Positions 49,991-63,094 of a stretch of DNA of 64,000 bases are shown in pieces. The translations under genes and the position numbers were made by a program. Below the pieces are notes generated by a model that worked only from the letters and a program-made list of their open reading frames with translations, made no database searches and had not been told where the DNA came from. Position 1 is the first letter of the stretch, and each line of letters starts with the position of its first letter. The DNA is from an uncultured Nitrospiraceae bacterium (GTDB taxonomy: Bacteria > Nitrospirota > Thermodesulfovibrionia > Thermodesulfovibrionales > SM23-35). The DNA lies in contig CAVSHB010000001.1 of assembly GCA_963727775.1 (NCBI GenBank), positions 1,344,001 through 1,408,000 of the forward strand, written 5' to 3'.

Positions 49991-51309
49991 TAAAAAGGCA
50001 TGAATTTCGGCAGTTTGAACCCTTTTTTACCTTTAAACATCTTGAGCATTTTCTTTATCTCGACATACTGTTTAATTACTCTATTGACATCTGCTACAGT
50101 CGTTCCGCTTCCCATGGCGATCCTCTTCCTCCTGCTTCCGTTTATAAGGGTATGGTCTTTTCTTTCTTTTTTCGTCATGGAATTTATTACTGCCTCAACC
50201 TTTACCAATTCCCTTCCATCAATATCCGCATCTTTAATTTTGCTGAAACCGGGTATCATATTGAGCAGGCTTTCCAAAGAACCCATATTGCGCATCTTCT
50301 GGAGCTGTTCTCTAAGGTTGTCAAATGTGAACGATTCATCCATGATGGCCTTCTGGAGTTTTTCTGCTTCCTTCCGGTCAAAGGTTTGCTGCGCCTGTTC
50401 TATCAAGCTCAGGACGTCACCCATCCCGAGTATTCTTGATGCGATCCTGTCGGGATAAAAAGGTTCGAGCATCTCGATTTTTTCGCCTGTACCGATGAAT
50501 TTTATCGGTTTTCCCGTAACTGATATGATCGAGAGAGCAGCTCCTCCTCTCGCATCGCCATCCATCTTAGTGAGTATTATTCCGTCAATGCCAATCTGCT
50601 CTGAAAAGTTTCTGGCGATGTTTACCGCATCCTGCCCTGTCATTGAATCTGCAACAAAAAGGACCTCTTTGGGGGAAACGGTTTCTCTTACCTTTTTTAA
50701 TTCGGTCATCAGCGATTCATCGATATGGAGCCGGCCTGCAGTGTCAAGGATTACGATATCCCTGGCGTCGAGCTTTGCTTTTTTAATTGAATCGCTGCAA
50801 ACGGTTACAGGGTCTTTAATTTCTTTTGAATAATAAACCGGCACTTCAATCTGGGCTCCGAGTGCTATAAGCTGGTCTATAGCGGCGGGCCTCTGAAGGT
50901 CTGCCGCAACGAGCATCGGCCTTCTGCCTTCTTTTTTGAAAAGCCTCGCCAATTTCGCGGATGTTGTGGTCTTGCCTGAGCCGTGCAGGCCCACCATCAT
51001 GATGACAGTCGGTGGATTAGGTGAGAGTTGTATCTTACTGTTTGTCTTCCCGATCAGGTCACACAGTTCTTCATTAACTATCTTTATGACCTGCTGCCCC
51101 GGACTGAGGCTCTCAAGCACCTCTTTGCCGACAGCTTTTTCTTTGATCTTTTGAATAAAATCTTTTACTACCTTAAAATTGACATCTGCTTCCAGTAGGG
51201 CGAGGCGTATCTCTTTCAGCGCAAGTTCAACGTCCCCTTCTTTAAGGAGGCCTTTCCCTTTTAATTTTTTGAATATGGATTCTAATTTTTCAGTGAGGGA
51301 TTCAAACAT
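49990..51309 (-). CDS. ffh: Signal recognition particle protein
   Basis: LLEADVN, GSGKTT, DTAGRL, TKMDGDARGGAALS and RIA.GSG motifs. Confidence 0.97.
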   Translation of the reverse strand: MFESLTEKLESIFKKLKGKGLLKEGDVELALKEIRLALLEADVNFKVVKDFIQKIKEKAVGKEVLESLSPGQQVIKIVNEELCDLIGKTNSKIQLSPNPPTVIMMVGLHGSGKTTTSAKLARLFKKEGRRPMLVAADLQRPAAIDQLIALGAQIEVPVYYSKEIKDPVTVCSDSIKKAKLDARDIVILDTAGRLHIDESLMTELKKVRETVSPKEVLFVADSMTGQDAVNIARNFSEQIGIDGIILTKMDGDARGGAALSIISVTGKPIKFIGTGEKIEMLEPFYPDRIASRILGMGDVLSLIEQAQQTFDRKEAEKLQKAIMDESFTFDNLREQLQKMRNMGSLESLLNMIPGFSKIKDADIDGRELVKVEAVINSMTKKERKDHTLINGSRRKRIAMGSGTTVADVNRVIKQYVEIKKMLKMFKGKKGFKLPKFMPF

Positions 51310-51377
51310 TTATTGAACTGATATGGTCTTCCTGAAAATTCCCATATATTTCGCCGCAGCCGATAATCGTAACTCCA

Positions 51378-51710
51378 TTAAGCAGCAAGGAAAGTATCTA
51401 TTTTTGATTTCAGCTGTTGTTTCGGAACTACACCAACTATCTGATCAAGCTTGACGCCGCCTTTAAAAAACATGATAGTAGGTATCCCCATGATTTTATA
51501 TTTGCTTGCAATTTCGGAATTCTCATCCGTATTGAGCTTCATTACTTTAACTTTTCCGCTGTACTCTTTTGCCAATTCTTCAACGGTAGACGAAATCATT
51601 CTGCAGGGACCACACCACGCTGCCCAGAAATCGATCATAACAAGTGCCTGCTCCTTAATCACTTCATTTTCCCAATTGGCTGTTGTCGCCTCGATTATGC
51701 CTTCTGCCAT
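51378..51710 (-). CDS. trxA: Thioredoxin
   Basis: DFWAAWCGPC active site. Confidence 0.96.
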   Translation of the reverse strand: MAEGIIEATTANWENEVIKEQALVMIDFWAAWCGPCRMISSTVEELAKEYSGKVKVMKLNTDENSEIASKYKIMGIPTIMFFKGGVKLDQIVGVVPKQQLKSKIDTFLAA

Positions 51711-51855
51711 CAGAACCTCCTGTGATTCCCGTTAAAAACAGGGAATATTTATTTAATTAAATTATATTTATCGATAATAATCTTGTCAATGAATTTAGTA
51801 TCGCATAAATTTTATATATTTGACACTATCCTCTTCTTTCTGCTATTTTTTAACA

Positions 51856-52641
51856 ATGAAAAAGCGCTTACCTTTCTTAGTTTTTGTTCTTTTTTTGTTA
51901 TGTAATAATTCATATGGTTTTGATATAAAGGGGCTTCAACCTGTCGATCCGTACGGGGTATTTTCATCATTTAGCGCCCAGAGTCTCGCAAAAGGGAAGG
52001 CGGCGTTTTCTACCGGAGCTGAAATGTCCGTGTCCCCGGATTTTTACCGGTTTGTTTTCAAAAGCGCATACGGTATTACAGACAACGTCGAACTTAATGT
52101 AACGATACCTTATGTGCTCGGCGGTGCCGGTACTCCTGACGGGTTTGAAGACGCCTCCTTCGGGATTAAGCACAGGTTTTTTGAGGAGGGCAAGTACGGT
52201 CCGTCTTTGGCGTATATCCTGAGCGCCTCATTGCCTTCCGGCAGAGATGCTTTCAGCACTGAAGGAGCGTACGGCGCAGGGCTTATTATGAGTAAGAGAG
52301 TAGGCCCGGTTAACGGACATCTGAATCTCTTTTATATGAAACCGGGATCAAAAAGATTCGAAGATGAGGTGTCTTTTTTGGCGGGTCTGGACTTTGCGGC
52401 TGCGAACAATTTTAAGATTCTCGCTGAATTGTATTGCAGAAAAAGCTATTTTTCGGACAAGCTTGATTTAATGGAGGGAAGGATAGGGTATAGAATAAAG
52501 ACTACCGATTTCATATATACTACATTCGGCGCAGGGTGGGATTTTAAGAAAAGAAGCCCTGAAACAAGGGTCTTGTTTGCGGTTACTTTTTTGTCTCCGA
52601 AAGAAAAGAAAAAAATCGAAAGGATATACGAGGAGGAGTAG
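51856..52641 (+). CDS. Hypothetical outer-membrane beta-barrel (MetA-pathway/transporter-like)
   Basis: Signal peptide; alternating beta-strand pattern (YGITDNVEL..TIPY, GFED..FG.KHR). Confidence 0.6.
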   Translation: MKKRLPFLVFVLFLLCNNSYGFDIKGLQPVDPYGVFSSFSAQSLAKGKAAFSTGAEMSVSPDFYRFVFKSAYGITDNVELNVTIPYVLGGAGTPDGFEDASFGIKHRFFEEGKYGPSLAYILSASLPSGRDAFSTEGAYGAGLIMSKRVGPVNGHLNLFYMKPGSKRFEDEVSFLAGLDFAAANNFKILAELYCRKSYFSDKLDLMEGRIGYRIKTTDFIYTTFGAGWDFKKRSPETRVLFAVTFLSPKEKKKIERIYEEE

Positions 52642-52646
52642 ACAAA

Positions 52647-53096
52647 ATGTTTGACATCGGCATGCCGGAGTTAATAGTAATATTTGTTGTCGCCCTCCTT
52701 GTTATTGGTCCCAAGAAACTTCCTGAATTGGCTAAAGGACTCGGCAAGGGACTCGGAGAACTTAAAAAAGTCCTGGATGATGTAAAAGAGTCGGTCGGGG
52801 AGGAATTCAAAGAGACTACCTCTGGCATACGCGAGGCGGTAACAGAAGTAAAGCAACAAATTGAGAGTGAGGTCAGGGAGACAGGGAAAACCTTGCAGGA
52901 GATAAAAGAACAGGTTGTGACTGAATCCGAAGAGATAAATAAAAACATAAGGGACACCGTAACAAATGCCGGCGAATCGAAGGACACCGGCTCTGAAGAA
53001 CAAAATAAAACGCCCGATGTTGTTAAAGACGACGGCAGTGCTTCAATAGATAAAGCAGACGGAACCCGGCATACTGACAGCAGCAAGCCTGTTTAA
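52647..53096 (+). CDS. tatB: Twin-arginine translocase TatA/TatB subunit
   Basis: MFDIGMPELIVIFVVALLVIGPKKLP followed by a long hydrophilic tail. Confidence 0.88.
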   Translation: MFDIGMPELIVIFVVALLVIGPKKLPELAKGLGKGLGELKKVLDDVKESVGEEFKETTSGIREAVTEVKQQIESEVRETGKTLQEIKEQVVTESEEINKNIRDTVTNAGESKDTGSEEQNKTPDVVKDDGSASIDKADGTRHTDSSKPV

Positions 53097-53140
53097 TATC
53101 AACAAATGATAATGTGGAAATGTCTGACGGCGGAGGTAAA

Positions 53141-53923
53141 ATGGCACAAACCAAGGTGATGTCTTTTTTTGAGCATCTCGGCGAGCTCAGAAAAAAGATC
53201 ATCATATCTTTGATTGCAATAAGTGTTATGTTTGTGGGTACGTTCAGTTACTCTGAATATTTCCTGAAATTTCTCATGTTTCCCCTAAGATATAATTTGG
53301 TTTTTTCCGTAAGAAAGATGTATATATACTTTGCTCCGCAGGACAAACTGAAAGACACAAAGCTCGTATTTCTAGCGCCTGCTGAAGGTTTCTGGATGAA
53401 CATGAAGATCGCACTGGTTGCCGCGCTGGTACTCTCTCTGCCGGTTATCTTTCAGCAATTGTGGGGTTTTGTCTCTCCGGGTCTGCACAGAAAAGAGAAA
53501 AAATATGTTGTCCCCTTCATACTTGTGGCAACTGCCCTTTTCCTTGTCGGTGATGCCTTCTGTTTTTTTATTGTATTACCGTTCGCCATGGATTTCCTTC
53601 TTACATACAAGGTAGGCGATTTTATGATGCCGATGCTATCTGTGGGACAATATACTGATTTCTGTCTCAAATTCCTCCTTGCGTTCGGTGTTGTTTTTGA
53701 GCTTCCGATCTTTATAATTTTTGCTACGCGCATGGGACTGGTCACTACGGAGACACTCGCAAAACACAGAAGATACGCCATCTTAATAGCCTTTATCGTA
53801 GCCGCTATCATTACTCCGACACCCGATGCCTTCAACCAAACCCTTATGGCCATACCGATGATAATTCTCTATGAAGTAGGCATTCTCGCGTCGCGCATCT
53901 TTGTCAGAAAGAAAGCTGAATAA
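53141..53923 (+). CDS. tatC: Twin-arginine translocase TatC
   Basis: EHLGELR, FVSPGL..EK, FELP and TPTPD motifs. Confidence 0.95.
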   Translation: MAQTKVMSFFEHLGELRKKIIISLIAISVMFVGTFSYSEYFLKFLMFPLRYNLVFSVRKMYIYFAPQDKLKDTKLVFLAPAEGFWMNMKIALVAALVLSLPVIFQQLWGFVSPGLHRKEKKYVVPFILVATALFLVGDAFCFFIVLPFAMDFLLTYKVGDFMMPMLSVGQYTDFCLKFLLAFGVVFELPIFIIFATRMGLVTTETLAKHRRYAILIAFIVAAIITPTPDAFNQTLMAIPMIILYEVGILASRIFVRKKAE

Positions 53924-54202
53924 ATGCCTACCATAAGGGGAAAGAGCCTCAAGGCTACCGCCTACGACGTAGCTGAGGGATATGTTGTTGTCAACCCGTT
54001 GTTTTTAAAATCGCTTGACGCAGAGTCACTTATGGGACTATACCATGAAATAATGAGATCCCAGATAGAAATAAGGACTGAGAAATTTCCGCTGGGAGAC
54101 CCCAGGGCGATCAGGTGGAGGAATACGAGACTCCAAAGGCTCAATTCCGCTCTCATGATTCTCAAAAACTTTGCCAGAGAGAGAAAGATAATACTTGTCT
54201 GA
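53924..54202 (+). CDS. Hypothetical protein
   Basis: 92-aa ORF abutting the tatC stop codon. Confidence 0.6.
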   Translation: MPTIRGKSLKATAYDVAEGYVVVNPLFLKSLDAESLMGLYHEIMRSQIEIRTEKFPLGDPRAIRWRNTRLQRLNSALMILKNFARERKIILV

Positions 54203-54239
54203 GGTTTGACTCCCTGTCGAATCTGTGTTAATTTTAAGC

Positions 54240-55889
54240 ATGGAATTATCTGAAGATATCAAAGAGGCACGGGACATTCTCCAGAATATTATCAAGGCAA
54301 AAAAGAACCTTAGGATGTATCCTGAAAATAATCCTATTTACGTGAAGACACTGGAGGATTCTTATTCAAGGTTCAATGCCTTCTTTGATTACAGGGACAG
54401 CTTGGCCTTAAAGATAAAACAAAACAGTATTTATTTTGATTCAGAACAGCTCTATTACAACCCTGAAAAAGAAGACAATCTGGCCCTTTTCTTTTTTAAA
54501 GACGGTTTAAGGGAAATAATATTCAATAAGGGGTTGCTTCAGAACGAGCTTGAAGAATTTTTGAAGATTGTTGCTTTGGACTTTGACAGGGAAACAGTCG
54601 ATGACGATGTTGTTACACTTTTATGGGAAAAGGATTTTCAGAATATACGGTACGTTGTAGAGGAGGGTTTTCTTGTAGATCTTGATGTAGAAGAATTTGA
54701 AAAGCAAGTAGAGGAGAAAGTAACAGAAAAAGTCACCGATGTAGATGATCTTATGAAGGCATACGCCGACGGTTTCATAGGAGAAGATGTCAACAGCATA
54801 TCGATTGTGCCGTTAGCTGACAAGGACCTGCAAACGCTTGTAAAAGAGCTGGAAAAAGATGCAACGGATAAGATAGAAAAGCTGGTCACTATCATTTTTG
54901 AACTCATTTATCAGGCTGAGGACAGGAGCGACATAGAAGACTCTTTTACGTTCCTGAAAGATGCCGTTAAGTACTCCGTGGCGCACGGGGAATTGAGTAC
55001 TCTGCTGAATGTGATGAAAAAGAACCAAGAGGTACTTCAGGACCCGACAATTAATGAAAACGACAAAAAATATCTGAAAATACTTCCCCAATATCTCGGG
55101 ACGGAAGAGATCGTAAGCCTTATAGCCGAGATCCTTGACAGCAGCATAGAGGTGGATGAAAAAGCTTTTGAAGAACTCACCGGGTTTCTTGACAAAAATG
55201 CAATCGGTCCGCTTATAAAATATCTCGGTGAATTGAAGACAATCCGCGCAAGAAGATTTGTGATCGATGCGCTTAGTATTATAGGCAGAAAAGACATAAA
55301 AACGCTTGCAAGGGGACTTGATGACGAGAGATGGTATGTAATTAGGAATATTATCTATATTCTGAGAAAGATAGGGGACAAGAGGGCTGTCGAATATCTC
55401 CTGAAGACCGTCAGACACGGAGATATAAGAGTAAGGAAGGAAGTCATTAAGACCCTCGGTGAACTTGGCGGGAGGGAGGTCGTGCAGACCCTGAAGGAAT
55501 ATCTCAATGATCCTGACATGCAGGTGAGGATTGCGTCTGCAAAGGCCTTTGCAGCGATCGGATCGGAGGCCGCAAAAAAAATTCTCTTTGATTATATCTC
55601 TGACAAGACGTTTAAGGAAAAAGATTTTGAAGAGAAGAAAGAAATATTTGAGGTGCTTTCGAGGTGGAAAGACGACGATGTGTTTGAGTTTCTCATTAAG
55701 ATACTTAAGACAAAATCTTTCTTCAGCAGGGCAAAGATTACTGAAAATAAGGCATGCTCAGCGTTATGTCTCGGCCTTCTGGGAAATAAAGATGCCCTGC
55801 CTATGCTTCACAAACTGGCGGACTCCAACAATAATCTTTTGAGGGAATTTGCATACACTGCAGTTAAGAGACTTGAATATGGAAAATAA
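54240..55889 (+). CDS. HEAT-repeat protein
   Basis: DERWYVIRN, HGDIRVRKE and DPDMQVR HEAT-like repeats; acidic N-terminal domain. Confidence 0.8.
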   Translation: MELSEDIKEARDILQNIIKAKKNLRMYPENNPIYVKTLEDSYSRFNAFFDYRDSLALKIKQNSIYFDSEQLYYNPEKEDNLALFFFKDGLREIIFNKGLLQNELEEFLKIVALDFDRETVDDDVVTLLWEKDFQNIRYVVEEGFLVDLDVEEFEKQVEEKVTEKVTDVDDLMKAYADGFIGEDVNSISIVPLADKDLQTLVKELEKDATDKIEKLVTIIFELIYQAEDRSDIEDSFTFLKDAVKYSVAHGELSTLLNVMKKNQEVLQDPTINENDKKYLKILPQYLGTEEIVSLIAEILDSSIEVDEKAFEELTGFLDKNAIGPLIKYLGELKTIRARRFVIDALSIIGRKDIKTLARGLDDERWYVIRNIIYILRKIGDKRAVEYLLKTVRHGDIRVRKEVIKTLGELGGREVVQTLKEYLNDPDMQVRIASAKAFAAIGSEAAKKILFDYISDKTFKEKDFEEKKEIFEVLSRWKDDDVFEFLIKILKTKSFFSRAKITENKACSALCLGLLGNKDALPMLHKLADSNNNLLREFAYTAVKRLEYGK

Positions 55890-57279
55890 TGACAAAGAAT
55901 TACACAAGAGCGCACAGGACATCATCAACCAGTTATCTGTTATCTTGAGGACAGCCCAAATACACGACCCTGGAAATATTGCCGTAATAACGTCTATTGA
56001 AAAATTTATATTGTTGATTAACGATCTTTTATCCGGGGAAAGGTCTATAGTTCTTGAGCTTAAGGGAGAGTTTTTTTATATCAACGATATCAGGATACGT
56101 TATTCGCTCGAATATCTCCTTAACTTTGATTTCCTCATCAGGGAATTCAAGAAAAGAGAGATCGGCACAGTCACTTTTAAGGGAGCTATTAAACCCGCAG
56201 ATGTCCAGCTGTTCCTGAAGGCCTTCATTGCCGCCGGGTTTTCCGATACGCCATACGACAAAATCTCGAATATTATGACGGAATCAAGGAATATCGATGT
56301 TGACAGACTAAAGAGATTAGCTGAAGGCGAAGAAGTGGATAACAGGAAAGTCGTAAAAAGGGCGTATTATAATGCCGTCTCATATTCAAAAGGTGTTATG
56401 ACGAAGATTAAGTCCGGGGAGAAGATCAATGTAAGGAAGGCGAAGAGGATTGTGGAATCAATGGTTGACCAGCTCCTCGAGGAAGAAAAACTTCTCCTTG
56501 GAATGACCGCGATTAAGAATTATGATGAATACACTTACTATCATTCCGTAAATGTCAGCATCTTGTCGATAGCGCTCGGGCAGAGGCTTGGGCTGAGCAA
56601 AAAGATGCTTACAGAACTCGGCCTGGTTGCATTTTTCCACGATATAGGAAAGATTGAGATACCCAGTGAGGTGCTGAACAAATCAACGAATTTTAATGAA
56701 GACGAATGGAAACTTATAAAAAGGCATCCTGTCTGGGGAGTTAAGGCAATATTGAAGCTGAGAGGGCTGGACATAACTTCAATAAGATCGGCAATCGTTG
56801 CCTTTGAACATCATATCAACTTTGACCTTTCGGGGTATCCCAAGGTCGGGAAATATCCTGAACTTGATTTTTATTCAAAGATAGTGAGTCTTGTGGACCA
56901 GTATGATGCGATGACTTCATCAAGAGTCTATTCGAGGATCCCTTTGTCTCCCGATAAGGCTCTGAGTGTTATGATGGAAAGAGCGTCTACTCAGCTTGAC
57001 CCTCTCCTGTTTAAGTTTTTTATCAATATGGTGGGTGTCTTCCCGATAGGGACACTCGTGATGCTTGATACAAAAGAACTCGGTCTTGTTTATGAGAGTG
57101 ATGTGGTTTTTGCCGACAGGCCCAGGGTTCTTATTATTATAGATAAAAAGGGGCAGAGGGTAAACGGCCCGGTAGTGAACCTTACTGAAAAAGACGAGAC
57201 AGGGAAATATTACCGGTCCGTAGTGAAAACCCTTGATCCCAACAAGTATAAGATAAACCTCGCAGAATATCTTATGTAA
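55879..57279 (+). CDS. HD-GYP domain protein (putative cyclic dinucleotide phosphodiesterase)
   Basis: YT..HSVNV, HDIGK, EHH....SGYP and D.YDAMTS.RVY motifs. Confidence 0.88.
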   Translation: MENNDKELHKSAQDIINQLSVILRTAQIHDPGNIAVITSIEKFILLINDLLSGERSIVLELKGEFFYINDIRIRYSLEYLLNFDFLIREFKKREIGTVTFKGAIKPADVQLFLKAFIAAGFSDTPYDKISNIMTESRNIDVDRLKRLAEGEEVDNRKVVKRAYYNAVSYSKGVMTKIKSGEKINVRKAKRIVESMVDQLLEEEKLLLGMTAIKNYDEYTYYHSVNVSILSIALGQRLGLSKKMLTELGLVAFFHDIGKIEIPSEVLNKSTNFNEDEWKLIKRHPVWGVKAILKLRGLDITSIRSAIVAFEHHINFDLSGYPKVGKYPELDFYSKIVSLVDQYDAMTSSRVYSRIPLSPDKALSVMMERASTQLDPLLFKFFINMVGVFPIGTLVMLDTKELGLVYESDVVFADRPRVLIIIDKKGQRVNGPVVNLTEKDETGKYYRSVVKTLDPNKYKINLAEYLM

Positions 57280-57318
57280 TTTACCGCGTCTAACGCCTCT
57301 TTATATTAATTAAATTAT

Positions 57319-57913
57319 ATACCCCGCTGTCTCTGCGGGGGGGAAACCGTGAAGCCCCTTTTGAAAAGGGGGTTTGGGGGATTATAATGCTGTTACAATG
57401 GAACTGGGAAAGAGGCCTCATGCGGTCTATAAGATTCGATACCATTTGGTGACTGCTGTAAAGTACCGTAAGGTTTTGTTGAATGAGGAAGTTGAGAAAT
57501 GTATCAGAGAGACAATGAGGGGAATTACTGAACGGTACAATATTGTAATCGATGAAATTGGATTTGATGAGGATCATATACATATCTTCTGCGGTGCTCA
57601 ACCGCAATATAGCCCGAGTCAGGTGCTGAACGTAATTAAGTCGATAACGGCGAAACGAGTATTCGAAGAATTTCCGAAGATGAAGAAAGTAGAATTGTGG
57701 GGTGGAGAATTCTGGAGTGACGGCAAGGACATAGGAACGGTCGGGGATGCAACAAATGAAGAAGTGATTAAGCGATACATAAGGAATCAGACTTTGGATA
57801 AGTCTGAAATAGAGCGGCGCACAGGTCAGCTAAAACTGTTCAAAATTTAAAGATGCCATCGCTGGTGAGAGTTTTCCGAGATACCCCGCCGTCTCTGCGG
57901 CGGGGAGGTTCAT
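57319..57913 (+). mobile_element. IS200-type element (tnpA only)
   Basis: Near-identical subterminal hairpins at 57319-57344 and 57881-57906 (24 of 26 identical) flank a HUH transposase. Confidence 0.85.
57398..57850 (+). CDS. tnpA: IS200/IS605 Y1 transposase
   Basis: YHLV...KYR, DHIHI (HUH), LWGGEFWSDG and YIRNQ (catalytic Tyr). Confidence 0.93.
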   Translation: MELGKRPHAVYKIRYHLVTAVKYRKVLLNEEVEKCIRETMRGITERYNIVIDEIGFDEDHIHIFCGAQPQYSPSQVLNVIKSITAKRVFEEFPKMKKVELWGGEFWSDGKDIGTVGDATNEEVIKRYIRNQTLDKSEIERRTGQLKLFKI

Positions 57914-57937
57914 TGCCTTGGCCTTGGCCCCGTTTTA

Positions 57938-60112
57938 TCAGTACCACATCATCGCCTCGAAATCAGCTGTCGGAACAGTCAGCGCGATATGTCCCCTCCA
58001 GGGACAGCGTTCTATCTCTTCGCCATTCGTTATAACAGAAACCGACAGGTTGATTTCATCTTTTTCCCCGGCATTCAAATCAGAGAAGGGAAGCTTGATC
58101 TCAAATATATCCTGGACCGCAATATCAGTAATGTCTTTTATCTTTTTCCATTCGCCGTCTGTCTTTGTCAGAAGTTCCGCAATTAATAAAGGCTTGATCG
58201 AAACGGCGATCTTTATCTGTGAAGGTTTTGCCAGATTAACAGAAAAGATGATATTATCCGGTAATTCACTGAAAGGGACCGCCGGATCCAATCTCAAATA
58301 TAAGTTGTCTTTGTTGAACCCGTAGTACAGGCCAGACAGAATGCTTTCCGCCTTATGCATGCTGCCGCCGGCTTTCTTGATGTCCATGTGCGCGCTCTGG
58401 TACCATTCATAGTAGCTTGTCACGAAACCGTCTATTCTGGGTTCTACAAATCCTCTTATGGTGACCGTTGGGGAAATGGTCCTGTCTTCTTTCAAAACAG
58501 GGACGTATAGATACTGGGGTACCTCTTTGCCTATCTCCGTATATACTTTAATGAGGTTAAGCCTGAAGAGCTCGTCAAAATCCTTCTGGGTATCGGTCGT
58601 ATGGTCATCACCATACCACCAGTTCCAGTCGCTCCCCTCAGCTATATAAACGGCTTTCCATGCCTCCGACAGATCTTTTTCAGGATTCATTTTCTGAAAT
58701 ACGGCGAGGTCATTACGTGTATTTGTCAGATAATCCCATGCGGTGTTGTCCTCCTCATGCCCGATCCATACGCCGTAATTGGCATAAATCCAGGAGCCTG
58801 CATGGAGCCTGTTGAGTGGGGCGCCCTTATCGTTTTCATTGAGGTATTCAGATACGGTGACCGTCTGCAATCTTTCTTCCTTTGATAATCCTTCGTATAA
58901 GAAGCTCAGAAAATCGTGACCGTCATTTTTAAAGTATTCCCATGCATTCTCCCCGTCGAGTATTATGGACAAGAGGTGAGGTCTGTTCGTTTTTATAGAA
59001 GCCCGCACCTGAAGCAGTTTATTGATAAGGTCATCCGCAGCTTTCTTCGCGTCCCATTTTGAATACACAAAACCTATGAGATCGGACAAAACATGGTCCC
59101 TGAAAATTATTGATACATTTTCAAATATATGGGGGCTGTACAGTATTTCAGGATCAAGGAGGTTCCTCGATGCATCTCTGAGTTGTTTCCCTGTGGAAAT
59201 GGAAAGGATGTCCTCGTCTGTGCCGATCCACTTAATACCGGCTGCGGAAGCTATTTTCAGTACCTCTTCACTGACCGAGCCTTCCGAAGGCCACATCCCA
59301 TGGGGACGGTGGCCGAAGATTTTTTCGAAATAGTCGATGCCCATCCGTATCTGTTTCTCCGCATCTTCAGGATGTGAAAATCTGTGTTGAGGAAGTCTTA
59401 CTTCAGGCATAGCAACCCTTGCGATATTTGTGTCGCAAAGCAATGGAAGAATAGGGTGATAAAAAGGAGACACGGAGAGTTCGATATGCCCTTTTTCAGC
59501 AAATTCGCGATATCGTGGTATTATCTTTTTTAAAACGGCGAATTGTTTTTCAATGAGTGTATTCTTATCGTCTTCCGTATAGTCTCTGCCTTTTTTGACA
59601 AGCGTTGCAAGAAAAGGGTCACCAGTTCTGAACATAGGGTCTATCCAGCAGAGGTTGAAGAGTACCTGAAGGTCGAGGAAATCGCCGTCACTGAAATATC
59701 TTATTGACCGTTCAAGATCGGTTTTAGCAAGATGCAGACCTCTCTTTGTAAGAAGTTCATAGTATCTCGGAAACGGCTTTATCATGTTGTCCCAGTTTGC
59801 AAGGAAGAAATTTTCGAGTATAAACATCTTCTCTGTCTTGTTCAGTTCCACGGCTCTTTTGAGACTGAGTTCGAGGTATCGGTCCTTTGCATTGTCTTCC
59901 GTATAATCCGTGATCTGCTCAAGGAGTGAAGGGGTAAAATTAAATGTCTGTTTTATGTCCGGAAAATCAGCAAGGATCTCGGCCATATCCAGGTAGTCTT
60001 TTGTCCCGTGAAGCCTAACCCAGGGAAGCCTGTAAAGGCCTGTGGCAGGGTCTTTGTAAAACGGCTGGTGCATGTGCCAGAGGAAAGAGATATAGAGCGG
60101 CCTATCTGTCAT
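57938..60112 (-). CDS. Glycoside hydrolase family 57 (amylopullulanase-like)
   Basis: WHMHQP, HPILPL, GMWPSEG, LDGENAWE and AEGSDWNWW motifs. Confidence 0.92.
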   Translation of the reverse strand: MTDRPLYISFLWHMHQPFYKDPATGLYRLPWVRLHGTKDYLDMAEILADFPDIKQTFNFTPSLLEQITDYTEDNAKDRYLELSLKRAVELNKTEKMFILENFFLANWDNMIKPFPRYYELLTKRGLHLAKTDLERSIRYFSDGDFLDLQVLFNLCWIDPMFRTGDPFLATLVKKGRDYTEDDKNTLIEKQFAVLKKIIPRYREFAEKGHIELSVSPFYHPILPLLCDTNIARVAMPEVRLPQHRFSHPEDAEKQIRMGIDYFEKIFGHRPHGMWPSEGSVSEEVLKIASAAGIKWIGTDEDILSISTGKQLRDASRNLLDPEILYSPHIFENVSIIFRDHVLSDLIGFVYSKWDAKKAADDLINKLLQVRASIKTNRPHLLSIILDGENAWEYFKNDGHDFLSFLYEGLSKEERLQTVTVSEYLNENDKGAPLNRLHAGSWIYANYGVWIGHEEDNTAWDYLTNTRNDLAVFQKMNPEKDLSEAWKAVYIAEGSDWNWWYGDDHTTDTQKDFDELFRLNLIKVYTEIGKEVPQYLYVPVLKEDRTISPTVTIRGFVEPRIDGFVTSYYEWYQSAHMDIKKAGGSMHKAESILSGLYYGFNKDNLYLRLDPAVPFSELPDNIIFSVNLAKPSQIKIAVSIKPLLIAELLTKTDGEWKKIKDITDIAVQDIFEIKLPFSDLNAGEKDEINLSVSVITNGEEIERCPWRGHIALTVPTADFEAMMWY

Positions 60113-60427
60113 ATTGAAAGATAAGCTCACCGGGCTTTGCTAATCCATAGTCCTCCCGCGCATGCTTTTCTTTATAATAGGGGTCTTCCTTTATTGATGT
60201 TATCTGTGATTTGAGCTGCTTGTTCTCCTGTTCTATATCTTTTATCTGGGCCTCTAAACGGACCTTTTTCTTGTAAAGGTTTTTATATTTGAGGAGGCCC
60301 AGATCGCCGAATATCAAGCTTATAAACAGAAAGATAAAACTCAGGGAAATAACAGTCATGAAAATGAGCTTTCTTTTCCTGATCTCGGAGGCTACCTGTT
60401 TTCTTAAAAGATTACCCGGGTTACCCA

Positions 60428-60428
<1 letters not shown>
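60102..60428 (-). CDS. ftsB: Septum formation initiator FtsB/DivIC
   Basis: TM, coiled coil, EKHARE.YGL.KPGE; directly downstream of eno. Confidence 0.85.
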
Positions 60429-63077
<2,649 letters not shown>

Positions 63078-63094
<17 letters not shown>

